Shown here: positions 24,790 to 34,495 of the stretch, in pieces
Layout of the letters: each line of letters opens with the position of its first letter
How positions within the stretch are numbered: the first letter of the stretch is position 1
IMG/VR virus record: IMGVR_UViG_3300006805_000023
Length of the DNA: 64,000 nt
Reading direction: 5' to 3' (one strand)
From: a virus
Taxonomy: Duplodnaviria > Caudoviricetes
Made by a program: the position numbers and the translations under genes
The notes under the pieces: model-generated
The model's input: the letters and a program-made list of their open reading frames with translations, nothing else
Database searches by the model: none
What the model was told of the DNA's origin: nothing

Positions 24790-26085
24790 TTACTTGGGCT
24801 GGGAGACGATTTCATATTCTAGGGTGTGGTTGATCACCATGGCAGCGCGCAGGAGCTTGGTCTGCTGGACGCCGTCGCGCTCGCTGTGCTCCTTGACGGT
24901 GGCCTTGAAGGTAACACGGTCTCCCTCTTCGGCGCAACGGTGGGTTTCGCTGTTCCAGTTCTTGTAAGAGAATGAGCCCCCGACCAGCACATTGCCGGAG
25001 TCGTCCACCATGATCGTGAGGGTCTTAGGCCCGTAGAGTTCGCTCTCAAGGATGATGATGCGCTCGATGGTGGCCGTGAAGTTCTGGCGCTTGCCAGCTT
25101 CGCCGACATGCTTGGAGGTCTGACGGCGCAGCTCCTGAGTGGCTGCGCGGGCGACCTTGTCCTGACGCACCTTGTAGGCGACTGGCAGAGCACAGGCCAG
25201 ACCGAACGAGGTCTTGGAGGCGTAGCCAGCGCTGCAGATCACCTTGAGGTTGCGGTTGAAGTCGGATTCGGCGGACTCCTCAGCGTTCAGGGCTGCGAAG
25301 GTCTCAATGTAGAGGTCGGCGTCCTCCAGCATCTTCTCGGTGACTTCCAGCTCCATCATGGCCTGATGATTCTTGTAGGTCTCAAGGACGCGCTCGGCGG
25401 TCGGGATGGCTGTGCCGCCCTGCTCGCGTGCTCTGGTCTTGGAGAGCCAGCCGTGCTTGGCCTGGACGGCGAGGCTGCGTGCCACGATTTCGCGCAGCTC
25501 GTAGGCGGCGGCGGTTCCCTCGAATCCGAAGGATTGGGCCTGATCGAAGTCAACCAGAGCCTGGGTGATCTCGCCGAAGAATTCGAACTGGCGAGCCAGA
25601 GCCTCGGCGGAAGCGCCACCCACGAAGTCCTGCAGGCAGGTGCTGCCGACCTGCTTCCACTCGTCTGTCTCGACGTTACGGACCAGAAACAGGCCCTTGC
25701 GGAAGCGGCTGAGGTTGCAATGTTCGCACGAACAGTTGGCATCGGAAAACCGAGCCGGGATCTGCAGGCCTGGGACCGGGAAGACCAAGTTGCCCTTCGG
25801 GGTGTGCTCAACCGAGGCGGCGAACGACCAGCCGTCCAGAGTAACTGGGTGGGTGCCGTTGATCTCGATGGTGGAAACCATGAGCTTGACCGTGTCGATC
25901 TTGGTGGGGTTGCCCATCTCGTTGATCTGGAAGATGTCGCAATCCTCCATGGCCTCGCCGGTTTTCACGTAGGTCGGTTCGACCAGATGCAGGCGGCGTG
26001 CCTTGCGGCACAGGCGCTTGAACATGGCATCAAAAGCTTCGATGCGACGAACCCGGATCACGAGAGGAGTGTTTGTGTCTTCCAT
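24790..26085 (-). CDS. Conserved phage protein with Cys cluster and C-terminal OB-fold
   Basis: CSCEHC...VGSTCLQDF; C-terminal RQNFTATIERII...EGDRVTFKATVKEHSERDGVQQTKLLR. Confidence 0.85.
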   Translation of the reverse strand: MEDTNTPLVIRVRRIEAFDAMFKRLCRKARRLHLVEPTYVKTGEAMEDCDIFQINEMGNPTKIDTVKLMVSTIEINGTHPVTLDGWSFAASVEHTPKGNLVFPVPGLQIPARFSDANCSCEHCNLSRFRKGLFLVRNVETDEWKQVGSTCLQDFVGGASAEALARQFEFFGEITQALVDFDQAQSFGFEGTAAAYELREIVARSLAVQAKHGWLSKTRAREQGGTAIPTAERVLETYKNHQAMMELEVTEKMLEDADLYIETFAALNAEESAESDFNRNLKVICSAGYASKTSFGLACALPVAYKVRQDKVARAATQELRRQTSKHVGEAGKRQNFTATIERIIILESELYGPKTLTIMVDDSGNVLVGGSFSYKNWNSETHRCAEEGDRVTFKATVKEHSERDGVQQTKLLRAAMVINHTLEYEIVSQPK

Positions 26086-26090
26086 CCCAG

Positions 26091-26119
26091 AAGATAACAC
26101 AAACTTTAGTGCTTGTCAA
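26091..26119 (-). promoter_or_regulatory. Class-1 promoter TTGACA-N17-TATCTT
   Basis: 5 nt before ATG 26085. Confidence 0.9.
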
Positions 26120-26123
26120 GTTC

Positions 26124-27641
26124 CTACGACAGCACCCGGCTCCAGGAGCGCCTGAAGGTGAAGGTCAACGAGAACCCAGAGTCCTTGCGCTGAGGCTCGT
26201 TGAAGTCAACCAGAAGACCCGTGTATGAGTTACCTGCCGAAATGGAACCGGTGGCGTTGAAGAACAGACTCCTAATCGTGCTGATGTTCAGGGAGCCGCT
26301 GGCGAACACCATCACGTAGTCGCGATAAAAGGTCCCGTTGGTGTAAGAAGACGCGGTTCCAGTAGCGCCAGTGCCCGTTGTCGGACTGTAGAACGAAGCA
26401 AAGGAAGCGGGAGGGGTGACGCGTGCGTTGCTGACGAACGCCCCGATAACTGTCGGCGACAGGTCAACGTTAGCACTCGCACTGTTGCACCAGGCCCCAT
26501 CCCAGATTCCGGCAGTTCCGCCGGTGTTCCCATACCACGTGGGAGCGCCACCGGTGGTCGGGTATGTTCCCCCGGTGATGTTAGTACTGTTGACCACTCC
26601 CTGGAACCCACCGCCGCAGGTGTAGAGGTCCGCCTTAGTGTTGTTGTAGCAGGTCCCCTGTGCAGAGGCCGTTCCTGGGTTGAGGGCCGATGTGACCGTG
26701 AAGGTGGTGGAGGTGACGGAGGCGATGGTCCACTCGGCGTTGTAAGCAGAGATGCTGGCACCAGCAATGTTCACCTTGCCGCCGGTCAGGAAGTGGTGGC
26801 TGGCTGAGGTGGTGACCGTGAAGTTGCTGCCGGTTGAGGTGATCCCGCTGATGTTGTAAGTGTAGGGCCAGCCAGTGATGGAGATCGTTGTGTTGGTCGG
26901 CCTGTTGGCTGTGATCGAGTATGGGACCGTAACGTACAGGTTGTACTGGACACGCAGTTTTTCGGTGTTGTTGACAGTGACCGGCGTGTCAAGCACGATG
27001 CGTGAGAACAGGTTGCCAGGAGTGGAGCTGGTGTTCGAAATCCCGACTTCGGTGTACACGACCGTGCCAGTCTCTGCCGTGTGGTCCCAGGTGCGACGGA
27101 GCATCATCTTACCAGTGGCGGAGTCAAAGAACATGCCCTGACTCCAGTTGCCGTCGGTGTCGGTGTAGGCGGGCCAGATAGACGTCGAGGTGCTGAGACC
27201 TCCGGTCCTTTTTAGCTCGGTGTCAAGAGCGGTCTGGCCGCACCTGAACAGGGCGAGGATGCCTCCGCTCGCAACGGTCTGCGAGGGTGATACTGTGACG
27301 GTGGTAGAATTCGTAAAAGCAGTGATCTTTGCCTCCTCCCCAGAGTTCCATTTCAGCCAGGACCCAACGTCACCAGAGACGAACGAGTATGAACTGCCGG
27401 ACAGGGTCACCGTGGTGCCCGATTGCGAGGCGGTACCGCTCACAGCAACTCTGGTAGGGGTGGTGCCAGTTCCTGCAGCGCAGTACAGGATCGAACCTAG
27501 CCACGACTTAGTAGCCAGGTAGTCCAGACCCCGATCCAGGATCAGATTGTTCTGTGCTGGGTAAGAGCGCACCACTTCACCCTGTGAATTGATGACGCTT
27601 ACGGTTATCTTGCCGTTAACGGATGTGTGGAAGTCAATCAT
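26124..27641 (-). CDS. Virion tail/baseplate-associated beta-rich protein
   Basis: NLILDRGLDYL...GTGTTPT...RRTWDHTAETG; Thr/Gly/Ser-rich with FCCH-like inserts; trimmed to ATG 27641. Confidence 0.75.
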   Translation of the reverse strand: MIDFHTSVNGKITVSVINSQGEVVRSYPAQNNLILDRGLDYLATKSWLGSILYCAAGTGTTPTRVAVSGTASQSGTTVTLSGSSYSFVSGDVGSWLKWNSGEEAKITAFTNSTTVTVSPSQTVASGGILALFRCGQTALDTELKRTGGLSTSTSIWPAYTDTDGNWSQGMFFDSATGKMMLRRTWDHTAETGTVVYTEVGISNTSSTPGNLFSRIVLDTPVTVNNTEKLRVQYNLYVTVPYSITANRPTNTTISITGWPYTYNISGITSTGSNFTVTTSASHHFLTGGKVNIAGASISAYNAEWTIASVTSTTFTVTSALNPGTASAQGTCYNNTKADLYTCGGGFQGVVNSTNITGGTYPTTGGAPTWYGNTGGTAGIWDGAWCNSASANVDLSPTVIGAFVSNARVTPPASFASFYSPTTGTGATGTASSYTNGTFYRDYVMVFASGSLNISTIRSLFFNATGSISAGNSYTGLLVDFNEPQRKDSGFSLTFTFRRSWSRVLS

Positions 27642-27645
27642 TGGG

Positions 27646-30546
27646 TTAGGCGTAGGTTCCGGTAACACTGGCTGCTAGGGCGGCGTTGTCAACAACAGAG
27701 GTAGATTTGATGTCTGCAATGTAGGTCCCTGAAACAGCGGCGGACATTGTCGTGTTCTCTCTCAGAGTGTTAGGTGGAAGGACAGAACTGCTAGAGGAGC
27801 TGGAGTTGGACGAGGCAGACGACGGGCTGGAGGATGAGCTACTGGAGGAGTCGATGCTCGATGAGCTTGAATTGGAGGAGGATGAACTGGAGTTGGAGCT
27901 TGAGCTTGAGGAGCTTGAGTTAGAGGAAGGTGAACTGGAGCTGGAAGAACTGAAGTCAGGAGCTGTCATCCCCCACTTTGCAGACAGGTAAGTCTCAATC
28001 TGCTCGACCTCAACGTCAGTGAGAACTCGTGTGAAGATCAGAACCTCGCACAGTTCGCCTTTAAGACCGCGATCTGCTGCTGGGCGTTGCCCAATCAGAA
28101 TGGACGTGTTAGCATCAGACGTTACAGTAGCAGAGCCGGTCGTTGCCCCGTTGTCCGGGTTACCCTGCAGCCTGAGCGTCAGATTGGCTCCCGTGGAACC
28201 ACCGTCCCACTTAGCAGTGGTAAGGTAAGTCGTGTTGAGGGCAATGGTGTTGGAGCTGCTGCGCGCTATGTTGTTGGCGTTCAACGCCGCTCGCATCTGC
28301 TGCAATGCCCCATACTCAGCGTAGTGGTTGCGGACGTTATTGCGGCTCCAGAACTGGTGGAAGGTGCTGGTGGTGGTGCCAGTCAGCTTAACGACCACGA
28401 AACTGGTGAAAACAGTGGTCGCTGACGCTATTGAAGCAGTGGACATCTTCATAGTGCCGTCAAACGCCGCCCCACCGCCAGAAAGGCGAGTAGGAGGAAC
28501 GGTGGCTTCAGTAACGTGATTGCCGGACCCGGACTTGTCCTGCCACCTAAGGATGGGACTACCGACAGACGGCGTGGAGCCTCCTGACGTAGCGTTAAAC
28601 ATCGTAGCCGTGTCCTTACCATCGAGCCACAGCATCAGGTTAGGAACCGTGGCAGCATCAAAGCCAGATGAGCTAGAGGAGGAGTTAGAGGAGGCGGAGC
28701 TGGCGGAGGATGGCGTGCTCGAAGAACTACTGGAATTCGAGGAGGCGGAGCTGGCTGAGGATGGGGAGGAATCCGAGAGAGGGCTGGAACTGCTTGAACT
28801 GGAGTTCGAGGAGGCGGAGGATGGCGTGCTCGAAGAACTGCTGGAGTTCGAGGAAGCGGAGCTGGCGGAGGAGGCAGACGAGAGAGTGCTCGAAGAGCTG
28901 CTGGAGTTAGAGCTATCTGACGAGATGGAGGACGGCGTCGAGCTGGACGAGCTAGATGAGCCAGCCGAGGACAGGCTCGACGCAGAAGACGGAGATGAGC
29001 TGGATGAGCTACTAGACGAGCCAAGCGAGGAGCTGCTCGAACTGGACCCGCTGGAAAGCGAACTCGGCGTAGAAGACGAGCTGGAGTTAGAGGACGGACT
29101 GCTCGAACTGGAGGACTGAGACGAGTTGCTGGACGGCGTGCTCGAAGAGCTGGAGCTGCTGGAGCTGAACCCACATGACGACCTAGACGAGTCAGACGAC
29201 TGAGACGACTGGCTGCTGCTTGAAGATCCGAACGATGACTCACTAGAGGGAGAAGAAAGAGTCGAGCTGGAGCTGTTGCTGCTAGAGGTTGAGCCAAGAG
29301 AGCTGCTACTGGAGTTAGAGGACGCGGAAGACGGCGTCGAGCTAGAGGACGAGCTGGAGCTGGAGAAGCCGACCGATGATTTGCTGGACGGAGAGGACGA
29401 GCTGGAGCTGGAGAAGCCGACCGATGATTTGCTGGACGGAGAGGACGAGCTGGAGCTGGAGCTGTTGCTCGACGATGTGGAGCCAAATGAGCTGCTACTG
29501 GAGTTAGAAGACGCGGAGGACGGCGTCGAGCTGGAAGAGCTGGAAAAGCCGACTGAGGATCTGCTGGAACTGGAAGAATCAGATGACTGACTCGACTTAG
29601 AACTAGCGGAAGACGGCGAACTGGAGCTCTCGGAGCTGTGGCTAGATGGCGTCGAGCTGGAGGAACTGGAGTTCGAGGAGGCGGAGCTGGCGGAGGATGT
29701 GGAGGATGGCGTCGAGCTGGAGGAACTGGAGTTCGAGGACGCGGAGGATGTGGAGGATGGCGTCGAGCTGGAGGAACTGGAGTTCGAGGACGCGGAGCTG
29801 GCGGAGGATGGCGTCGAGCTGGAGGAGCTGGAGTTCGAGGACGCGGAGCTGGCGGAGGACGGCGTCGAGCTGGAGGAACTGGAGTTCGAGGAGGCGGAGC
29901 TGGCGGAGGATGTGGAGCTGGACGACGAGGTGTTGGCGTCAGACAGAACCTCAAGCGCTTTGTCAACCTGGGTTGAGCATCCAAACGAGTCGGTAACCAG
30001 GACTGTGAAGGAATAACCCCCGACCGGGGACATCGACATCGGGTCTGCCGTGGGAGTGCCGGACAAAATGCCAGCAGTGCTCAGGGACAAGCCGTGTGGG
30101 AGAGAACCAGACGACACTGAGAACGTGTAGGGTGACACACCGTTCGAGGCTGACAGAGTCACAAAGTAGGGGGAGCTCTCTATGGCGCTCGACAGCAACT
30201 CGGGGCTAATCGTCAAAACCCCGCAGTCGGCCACCACCCCGGTGAAAACCCGAATGTTGAAGCAGCCGGTTTCCTGATCGACTACTCTGACGGAAAAGGC
30301 AAACGACCCTTGTGTGGTCGGAGTTCCCGACAGCATCCCGGTGGTGCTCATTTCTACACCAGTTGGGAGTTGCCCAGCCAAGAGATCGAAGTAGTAAGAC
30401 CCAGACCCCCCGGTAATGGTCAGCTGCGCGGAGAACGGCTTCCCGGTACGCAGCGGAAAGGCCGCCTGCGGAGAGGTAACGGCCAGTTCGGGGCAAGGGT
30501 TGATGCTAAGGGGGCCGTGAATCAGGCCCCTCGCCATGGGAAGCAT
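27646..30546 (-). CDS. Virion surface protein: putative Ig domains, poly-Ser tract, LamG/ConA-like domain, poly-Ser tail
   Basis: GQLPTGVEMSTTGMLSGTPT and GSLPHGLSLSTAGILSGTPT (Ig); NLMLWLDG...WQDKSGSGNH...GELCEVLIFTRVL (LamG-like). Confidence 0.9.
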   Translation of the reverse strand: MLPMARGLIHGPLSINPCPELAVTSPQAAFPLRTGKPFSAQLTITGGSGSYYFDLLAGQLPTGVEMSTTGMLSGTPTTQGSFAFSVRVVDQETGCFNIRVFTGVVADCGVLTISPELLSSAIESSPYFVTLSASNGVSPYTFSVSSGSLPHGLSLSTAGILSGTPTADPMSMSPVGGYSFTVLVTDSFGCSTQVDKALEVLSDANTSSSSSTSSASSASSNSSSSSSTPSSASSASSNSSSSSSTPSSASSASSNSSSSSSTPSSTSSASSNSSSSSSTPSSTSSASSASSNSSSSSSTPSSHSSESSSSPSSASSKSSQSSDSSSSSRSSVGFSSSSSSTPSSASSNSSSSSFGSTSSSNSSSSSSSSPSSKSSVGFSSSSSSSPSSKSSVGFSSSSSSSSSTPSSASSNSSSSSLGSTSSSNSSSSTLSSPSSESSFGSSSSSQSSQSSDSSRSSCGFSSSSSSSSSTPSSNSSQSSSSSSPSSNSSSSSTPSSLSSGSSSSSSSLGSSSSSSSSSPSSASSLSSAGSSSSSSSTPSSISSDSSNSSSSSSTLSSASSASSASSNSSSSSSTPSSASSNSSSSSSSPLSDSSPSSASSASSNSSSSSSTPSSASSASSNSSSSSSGFDAATVPNLMLWLDGKDTATMFNATSGGSTPSVGSPILRWQDKSGSGNHVTEATVPPTRLSGGGAAFDGTMKMSTASIASATTVFTSFVVVKLTGTTTSTFHQFWSRNNVRNHYAEYGALQQMRAALNANNIARSSSNTIALNTTYLTTAKWDGGSTGANLTLRLQGNPDNGATTGSATVTSDANTSILIGQRPAADRGLKGELCEVLIFTRVLTDVEVEQIETYLSAKWGMTAPDFSSSSSSSPSSNSSSSSSSSNSSSSSSNSSSSSIDSSSSSSSSPSSASSNSSSSSSSVLPPNTLRENTTMSAAVSGTYIADIKSTSVVDNAALAASVTGTYA
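27784..27952 (-). repeat. Poly-Ser tract near the C-terminus of 27646..30546
   Basis: Directly visible in the translation. Confidence 0.9.
28666..29929 (-). repeat. Poly-Ser low-complexity tract (about 420 aa) with SSTPSSASSASSNSSS units
   Basis: Directly visible; near-tandem 51-nt units at about 29650-29900. Confidence 0.95.
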
Positions 30547-30550
30547 GTCG

Positions 30551-30562
30551 ATACCTAGTTAT
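30551..30562. promoter_or_regulatory. Back-to-back class-2 motifs (TAGGTAT minus, TAGTTAT plus)
   Basis: The two motifs overlap at CTAG; 4 nt to ATG 30546 and 6 nt to ATG 30569. Confidence 0.7.
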
Positions 30563-30568
30563 CCGGGA

Positions 30569-31312
30569 ATGAACATCAACTACACCAGGGCTGAGCTAGC
30601 CAAGTACATCAAGTCGAAGCTTGGTGGTGCGGTGTGGAGGATCGAAGGCTTCGAAAACACCGACGCTGTAGAGATCTGCATCGACGAGGCCGTCATGAAG
30701 TACAGCGCGCAGGTCCCAATGCTCGGATGGGAGACTATCAAGCCATTTTCCAAGTCGTACACGCTCACCAGTCCCGACGTCATCGGAGTCCTGCAGGTGT
30801 CGTTTTTGGAGGCGGTCAACCGCTTCAGCTCTGCCAACCTGATGATTGGCCTGACTCAGAATCTCACCGGTGTCGTCCCGATCAACGTGGCTGGCACGAC
30901 CCCCAACATTTCCGGCGACATCATGGGGTTCCTCCAGTGGCGTAAGTCGTTCCAGCGCGTCACCTCGACGATGGCTCAGTGGTTCTACGACGATTCCACG
31001 AAGACCATCATGCTGTACAACCCAGCCGGTTATCTTGCCTGCGCCCTGCTGAGTCGCGCCCGTCGCTTCGATGACAAGATCGACACGATCAAGGTCAACC
31101 ACAAGGACTGGCTCCGTGGCTACGCGCTAGCTCTTGCCAAGGATCAGCTCGGCACTCACCGGCGCAAGTTCCAGAGCTCAATTCAGGGTCCAGGCGGCAC
31201 CAAGCTGGACCTGGATGCTGGCAACCTCAAGGATGAGGCGGCCAAGGAGATCGAGTCCCACCTCTCAAAACTGATGGCTATAAGGCCTCTGGCTTGGCCC
31301 ATGTTTGATTGA
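30569..31312 (+). CDS. Neck/head-completion protein (T4 gp13-like)
   Basis: TRAELAKYIKSKLGG...ICIDEA; WLRGYALALAKDQLG..RRKF...GPGGTKLD. Confidence 0.8.
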   Translation: MNINYTRAELAKYIKSKLGGAVWRIEGFENTDAVEICIDEAVMKYSAQVPMLGWETIKPFSKSYTLTSPDVIGVLQVSFLEAVNRFSSANLMIGLTQNLTGVVPINVAGTTPNISGDIMGFLQWRKSFQRVTSTMAQWFYDDSTKTIMLYNPAGYLACALLSRARRFDDKIDTIKVNHKDWLRGYALALAKDQLGTHRRKFQSSIQGPGGTKLDLDAGNLKDEAAKEIESHLSKLMAIRPLAWPMFD

Positions 31313-31343
31313 TAGTGTTCGTTCGAACATTACCTCTAGGGCA

Positions 31344-31847
31344 TTAGTAAAGGTCCTCGCTGTAAAGCTCGCCCACACCTTTGGAGCCAGTTACCCGGCG
31401 GATCTGCCCAGCGGCCTCTGCTACTTTCCAGGCCTCCTCGCGGGTCAGGAACACGCCCTTCTGGTCCACGAAGCCCTGGTCTGCGACCTTGAGGTGATAT
31501 CCCTCTGCCCCGTAAGCCAGTCGCATGATGGCGCGCATTTCAGGTGAGAAGTGCCGGATGCCGGTCACGATGCTGCCGTCCTTCATCAGCATGGCGGCGC
31601 ACACGATCAGACGCGGCAGCTCGATGCGCTTCTTCGCTGCTCTTGAGGCACGGTCCGTGTTACCGCGATACTGGACGCCACTGCAGAAGCGCGTCCCGTA
31701 GTGGGCAGGAATGATCGGAGACCAGTAAGGGACGGCCGTGCTGGTCCCGCTGTCAGGCGGGGGATAAGTCAGGCACTCATCACCGGCCTGTTTGGTCCAG
31801 TTCATTTTTTCGGCCTCCTCGCCGGAGAAGTAAACGGGATCGTTCAT
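31344..31847 (-). CDS. Conserved phage protein (QGFVDQ...TREEA...LYSEDLY family)
   Basis: C-terminal motif typical of this phage family. Confidence 0.8.
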   Translation of the reverse strand: MNDPVYFSGEEAEKMNWTKQAGDECLTYPPPDSGTSTAVPYWSPIIPAHYGTRFCSGVQYRGNTDRASRAAKKRIELPRLIVCAAMLMKDGSIVTGIRHFSPEMRAIMRLAYGAEGYHLKVADQGFVDQKGVFLTREEAWKVAEAAGQIRRVTGSKGVGELYSEDLY

Positions 31848-32029
31848 GTCAAAGAAGCGAGGAGGTTACCCGAACCGACCAGACGGCCATAGCGATCATA
31901 AGTGCGGTTGGTGGAGGGATCGTAGCGACCGACCCGGACGCCCCAGCGATCAGTCGCCGTGACGATACCGGAGCCGGAGGTTTGCTGACGCTGGGTGACG
32001 ATGCGGTGGATGTCTTTGAGGAGGTTCAT
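31844..32029 (-). CDS. Hypothetical protein (61 aa), leaderless
   Basis: 5 nt after a class-1 promoter; ATGA-coupled downstream. Confidence 0.75.
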   Translation of the reverse strand: MNLLKDIHRIVTQRQQTSGSGIVTATDRWGVRVGRYDPSTNRTYDRYGRLVGSGNLLASLT

Positions 32030-32034
32030 GACGA

Positions 32035-32063
32035 AACCTAATATAGGAACTAGCGTTTGTCAA
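32035..32063 (-). promoter_or_regulatory. Class-1 promoter TTGACA-N17-TAGGTT
   Basis: Reverse strand TTGACA aacgctagttcctatat TAGGTT tcgtc ATG. Confidence 0.85.
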
Positions 32064-32338
32064 GTTCTCAGCTTGAGCAGCTCAGCCAGCATCTTAAGAG
32101 ACGGGGCAATTTCCATGAGCTGCGCGATGTTATAGCTGATGCAACGCCAGATCATCAGAGAGAACTGCAACCACATGCCGACGAACATCGTGGCGAGACC
32201 GGCGAACGGGTGTCCGAAGTAAATCAGAAGACCCCCAGTGACCATGAAGATCGCACCGATTGCCAGCTCGGCAAGGACGAAGACGCGTACTCTGGTGGTG
32301 AAACGGGATGGACCCTTTGGCTTGGTTTCTTGACTCAT
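32060..32338 (-). CDS. Small two-TM membrane protein (holin-like topology possible)
   Basis: Two hydrophobic stretches; trimmed to ATG 32338. Confidence 0.65.
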   Translation of the reverse strand: MSQETKPKGPSRFTTRVRVFVLAELAIGAIFMVTGGLLIYFGHPFAGLATMFVGMWLQFSLMIWRCISYNIAQLMEIAPSLKMLAELLKLRT

Positions 32339-32359
32339 GCCACGATAGAAAGCACGAAC

Positions 32360-32809
32360 ATGATCCCGCCTCCCCCACACGCTCTACTTCCTGAACTGAA
32401 AATCGGCGACTACACGTTACCAGTAGCGTCGTTGCTGAAGCTCGATCCCGAAGCCCTGGACGAAGCCTATCAGGCTCAGGCGTCGTGGTTCGCCACTCTG
32501 TCCTACCAGGAGTCCCAGCTTGAGAGCAAGATCAGGCGCAAGGAACGCCACATCAAGGAACTGGAGGCGAGCCATTACGGGCAGATCGCAGAGAGGGGCG
32601 GCAAGAAGCCAGCCGAGGCTGCCATCAAAGCTCTGATCTCGATCAGCACGCCGGTCAGGCACGCCTACAAGGAGCTGTTTGATCTGGAGGAGGAACGCGA
32701 TGCTTGGGCGGCGGTCCGGCAGGGGCTGGCTCAAAAGAAGGACATGATGGTGAACCTCGGAGCTAGCAAGCGCCTCGATCAGAAGTCCAACCTCGGTGCG
32801 AGGGATTAA
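32360..32809 (+). CDS. UvsY-like recombination mediator
   Basis: LDEAYQAQASWFA...EAAIKALI...QKKDMMVNLGA helical pattern. Confidence 0.6.
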   Translation: MIPPPPHALLPELKIGDYTLPVASLLKLDPEALDEAYQAQASWFATLSYQESQLESKIRRKERHIKELEASHYGQIAERGGKKPAEAAIKALISISTPVRHAYKELFDLEEERDAWAAVRQGLAQKKDMMVNLGASKRLDQKSNLGARD

Positions 32810-32848
32810 CTTGCGCCAGCCTAAGGCGAACCTTTTACTACTCCCCAC

Positions 32849-34495
32849 ATGACCGACGAATCCAGCACCCTCCCCGACCTTGAAGAAGCCGACAACTCCC
32901 CGCCGTGGGAAGATAACTTCAGTCCCGCAGCTGGGCGTGCAGCAGCTGAAGAGGAACAAGAGGATTGGGACGCCCCTAGAAAATCAACCTTCCTGACTGC
33001 TGCTCCAGTCGAGGTGGTTTTGACGAAGCGCGATCCGGTCCCGATGAAGTGGGACTTTGCAAAGCCGCCACGCCAGCCCCAGACCACGGCGCTCGACTGG
33101 CTGGTCACTCAGGAGCATGAGCAGGAGTCCTGTTCAATCTGCGCCCCAACCGGGTCCGGCAAGAGTGCCATCGCCCGTGCCGTCTCGGCAACGCACCGTG
33201 GTATCACGCTGGTCCCGCAAAAGATCCTGCAGGATCAGTACATGAACACCTGGCCCGACTCACGCCTCTTGAAGGGCTCCGGCAACTACTCATGCAAGGG
33301 CGCAGTAAACTGCAAGGTTGGAGCCAAACACTCCAAGGTCAAGGACTGCCGCAAATGCGCCTGCCCCTTCGCAGAGGCGAAGAGCGCGTTCCTGAGCGGT
33401 CAGTGCTCGATCACCAACTACGCGGCCTTCTTCAGCTTCCGGCAGCACGACCCAGGATTCGATCCAACTCACCACGCGCTCATCATGGACGAGTCCCACA
33501 ACTTGGAGGGGGCCTTGATCAACTCGGCGACTCTGGTGATGACTGAGGAGAAGTACGTGAAGGTCACCAAGGCTGACTTCCGGATGCCGCGCACCCTGAA
33601 CGCTGCCATGACGATGATGGAGACCTTCGTGAAGGCCTTCCAGAAGGAGACTATCTCACCGAGCCCGTTCTGGACTGAGATCGAAGAAATGGTGGACCTA
33701 ATCACGTTCGTGTTCGAACGGGTTGAGGAGGAGGGCGACGACTCTTGGATTCTGTGCAACGACAAAGATGGCTTCCGGGTCTGCCCGGTCACTTCCGACA
33801 GCCTCTACCAGCGTTACGTCGGCAGCCGCTGGAGCATCCTAATGTCTGCCACCCCTCCCCCGCAAGACCAGCTCGATAACTGGCTGGGCGAAGGCCACCG
33901 GTCGCTGGAACTGCCCAGCACCTTCCCAGTCGCCAACAGGCCGGTGCGCTTCGTGCCGGTGGGTCGTCTCAACAAGGACAGCCTCGCCACCCCTGACATC
34001 CAGAACAAGCTGCTCAAACGGATCGCCGCTATCCTGAACCACCACACCGGCGAGAAGGGCATCATCCACACGGCGACCTATGCGCTGGCTGAAATGATCG
34101 GCAGCAGGCTCAAAAGCCCACGCCTGTTGATTCAACAGCCAGGCAACCGCGAGGAGATCTTGGAGAAGCACCTGATGTCGAAGCAACCGACCGTTCTGGT
34201 GTCGCCGTCGATGACTGAGGGCGTCGATCTCTACGACAACCTTGGCCGGTTCAACATCATCGTGAAGGTGCCGTTCGCCAATCTGGGTGACAACTGGGTC
34301 AAGGCCCGTAAGGAGCGCTCCCCCAACTGGTACAACTGGTGTGCCATGAAGGATCTGGTCCAGGCGATCGGTCGCACGACCCGACACGAGAACGACTACA
34401 GCGAGTCCTACATCCTGGACGGGTCGTTCGAAATGCTGTTCAATCGCAGCTCGTTCCTGTTCCCGAAATGGTTCGCCGACTCAATCCAGAGCTAG
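32849..34495 (+). CDS. DinG/XPD-family SF2 helicase
   Basis: APTGSGKS, Cys cluster, IMDESHN, GIIHTATY, SMTEGVD, KVPF, QAIGRTTRHEND. Confidence 0.9.
   Translation: MTDESSTLPDLEEADNSPPWEDNFSPAAGRAAAEEEQEDWDAPRKSTFLTAAPVEVVLTKRDPVPMKWDFAKPPRQPQTTALDWLVTQEHEQESCSICAPTGSGKSAIARAVSATHRGITLVPQKILQDQYMNTWPDSRLLKGSGNYSCKGAVNCKVGAKHSKVKDCRKCACPFAEAKSAFLSGQCSITNYAAFFSFRQHDPGFDPTHHALIMDESHNLEGALINSATLVMTEEKYVKVTKADFRMPRTLNAAMTMMETFVKAFQKETISPSPFWTEIEEMVDLITFVFERVEEEGDDSWILCNDKDGFRVCPVTSDSLYQRYVGSRWSILMSATPPPQDQLDNWLGEGHRSLELPSTFPVANRPVRFVPVGRLNKDSLATPDIQNKLLKRIAAILNHHTGEKGIIHTATYALAEMIGSRLKSPRLLIQQPGNREEILEKHLMSKQPTVLVSPSMTEGVDLYDNLGRFNIIVKVPFANLGDNWVKARKERSPNWYNWCAMKDLVQAIGRTTRHENDYSESYILDGSFEMLFNRSSFLFPKWFADSIQS

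Noticed and set aside
29600-29930. Regular repeats that could look like a CRISPR array
   Set aside because: Tandem coding repeats without unique spacers, and no cas genes.
27752-30016. Long Glu/Leu/Asp-rich plus-strand ORFs (27752, 28520, 29276, 29699) and the Pro/Arg-rich ORF 28635..29984
   Set aside because: Antisense or alternate-frame shadows of Ser codons (TCC/AGC/TCG); the same shadows recur at 39520, 45751 and 52539.
32811-32848. Possible promoter before the DinG-like gene (TTGCGC...TTTACT), and TTGACC...TAGTTT before 42738
   Set aside because: Poor -35/-10 match or 19-nt spacing; they do not fit the strict class-1 pattern.
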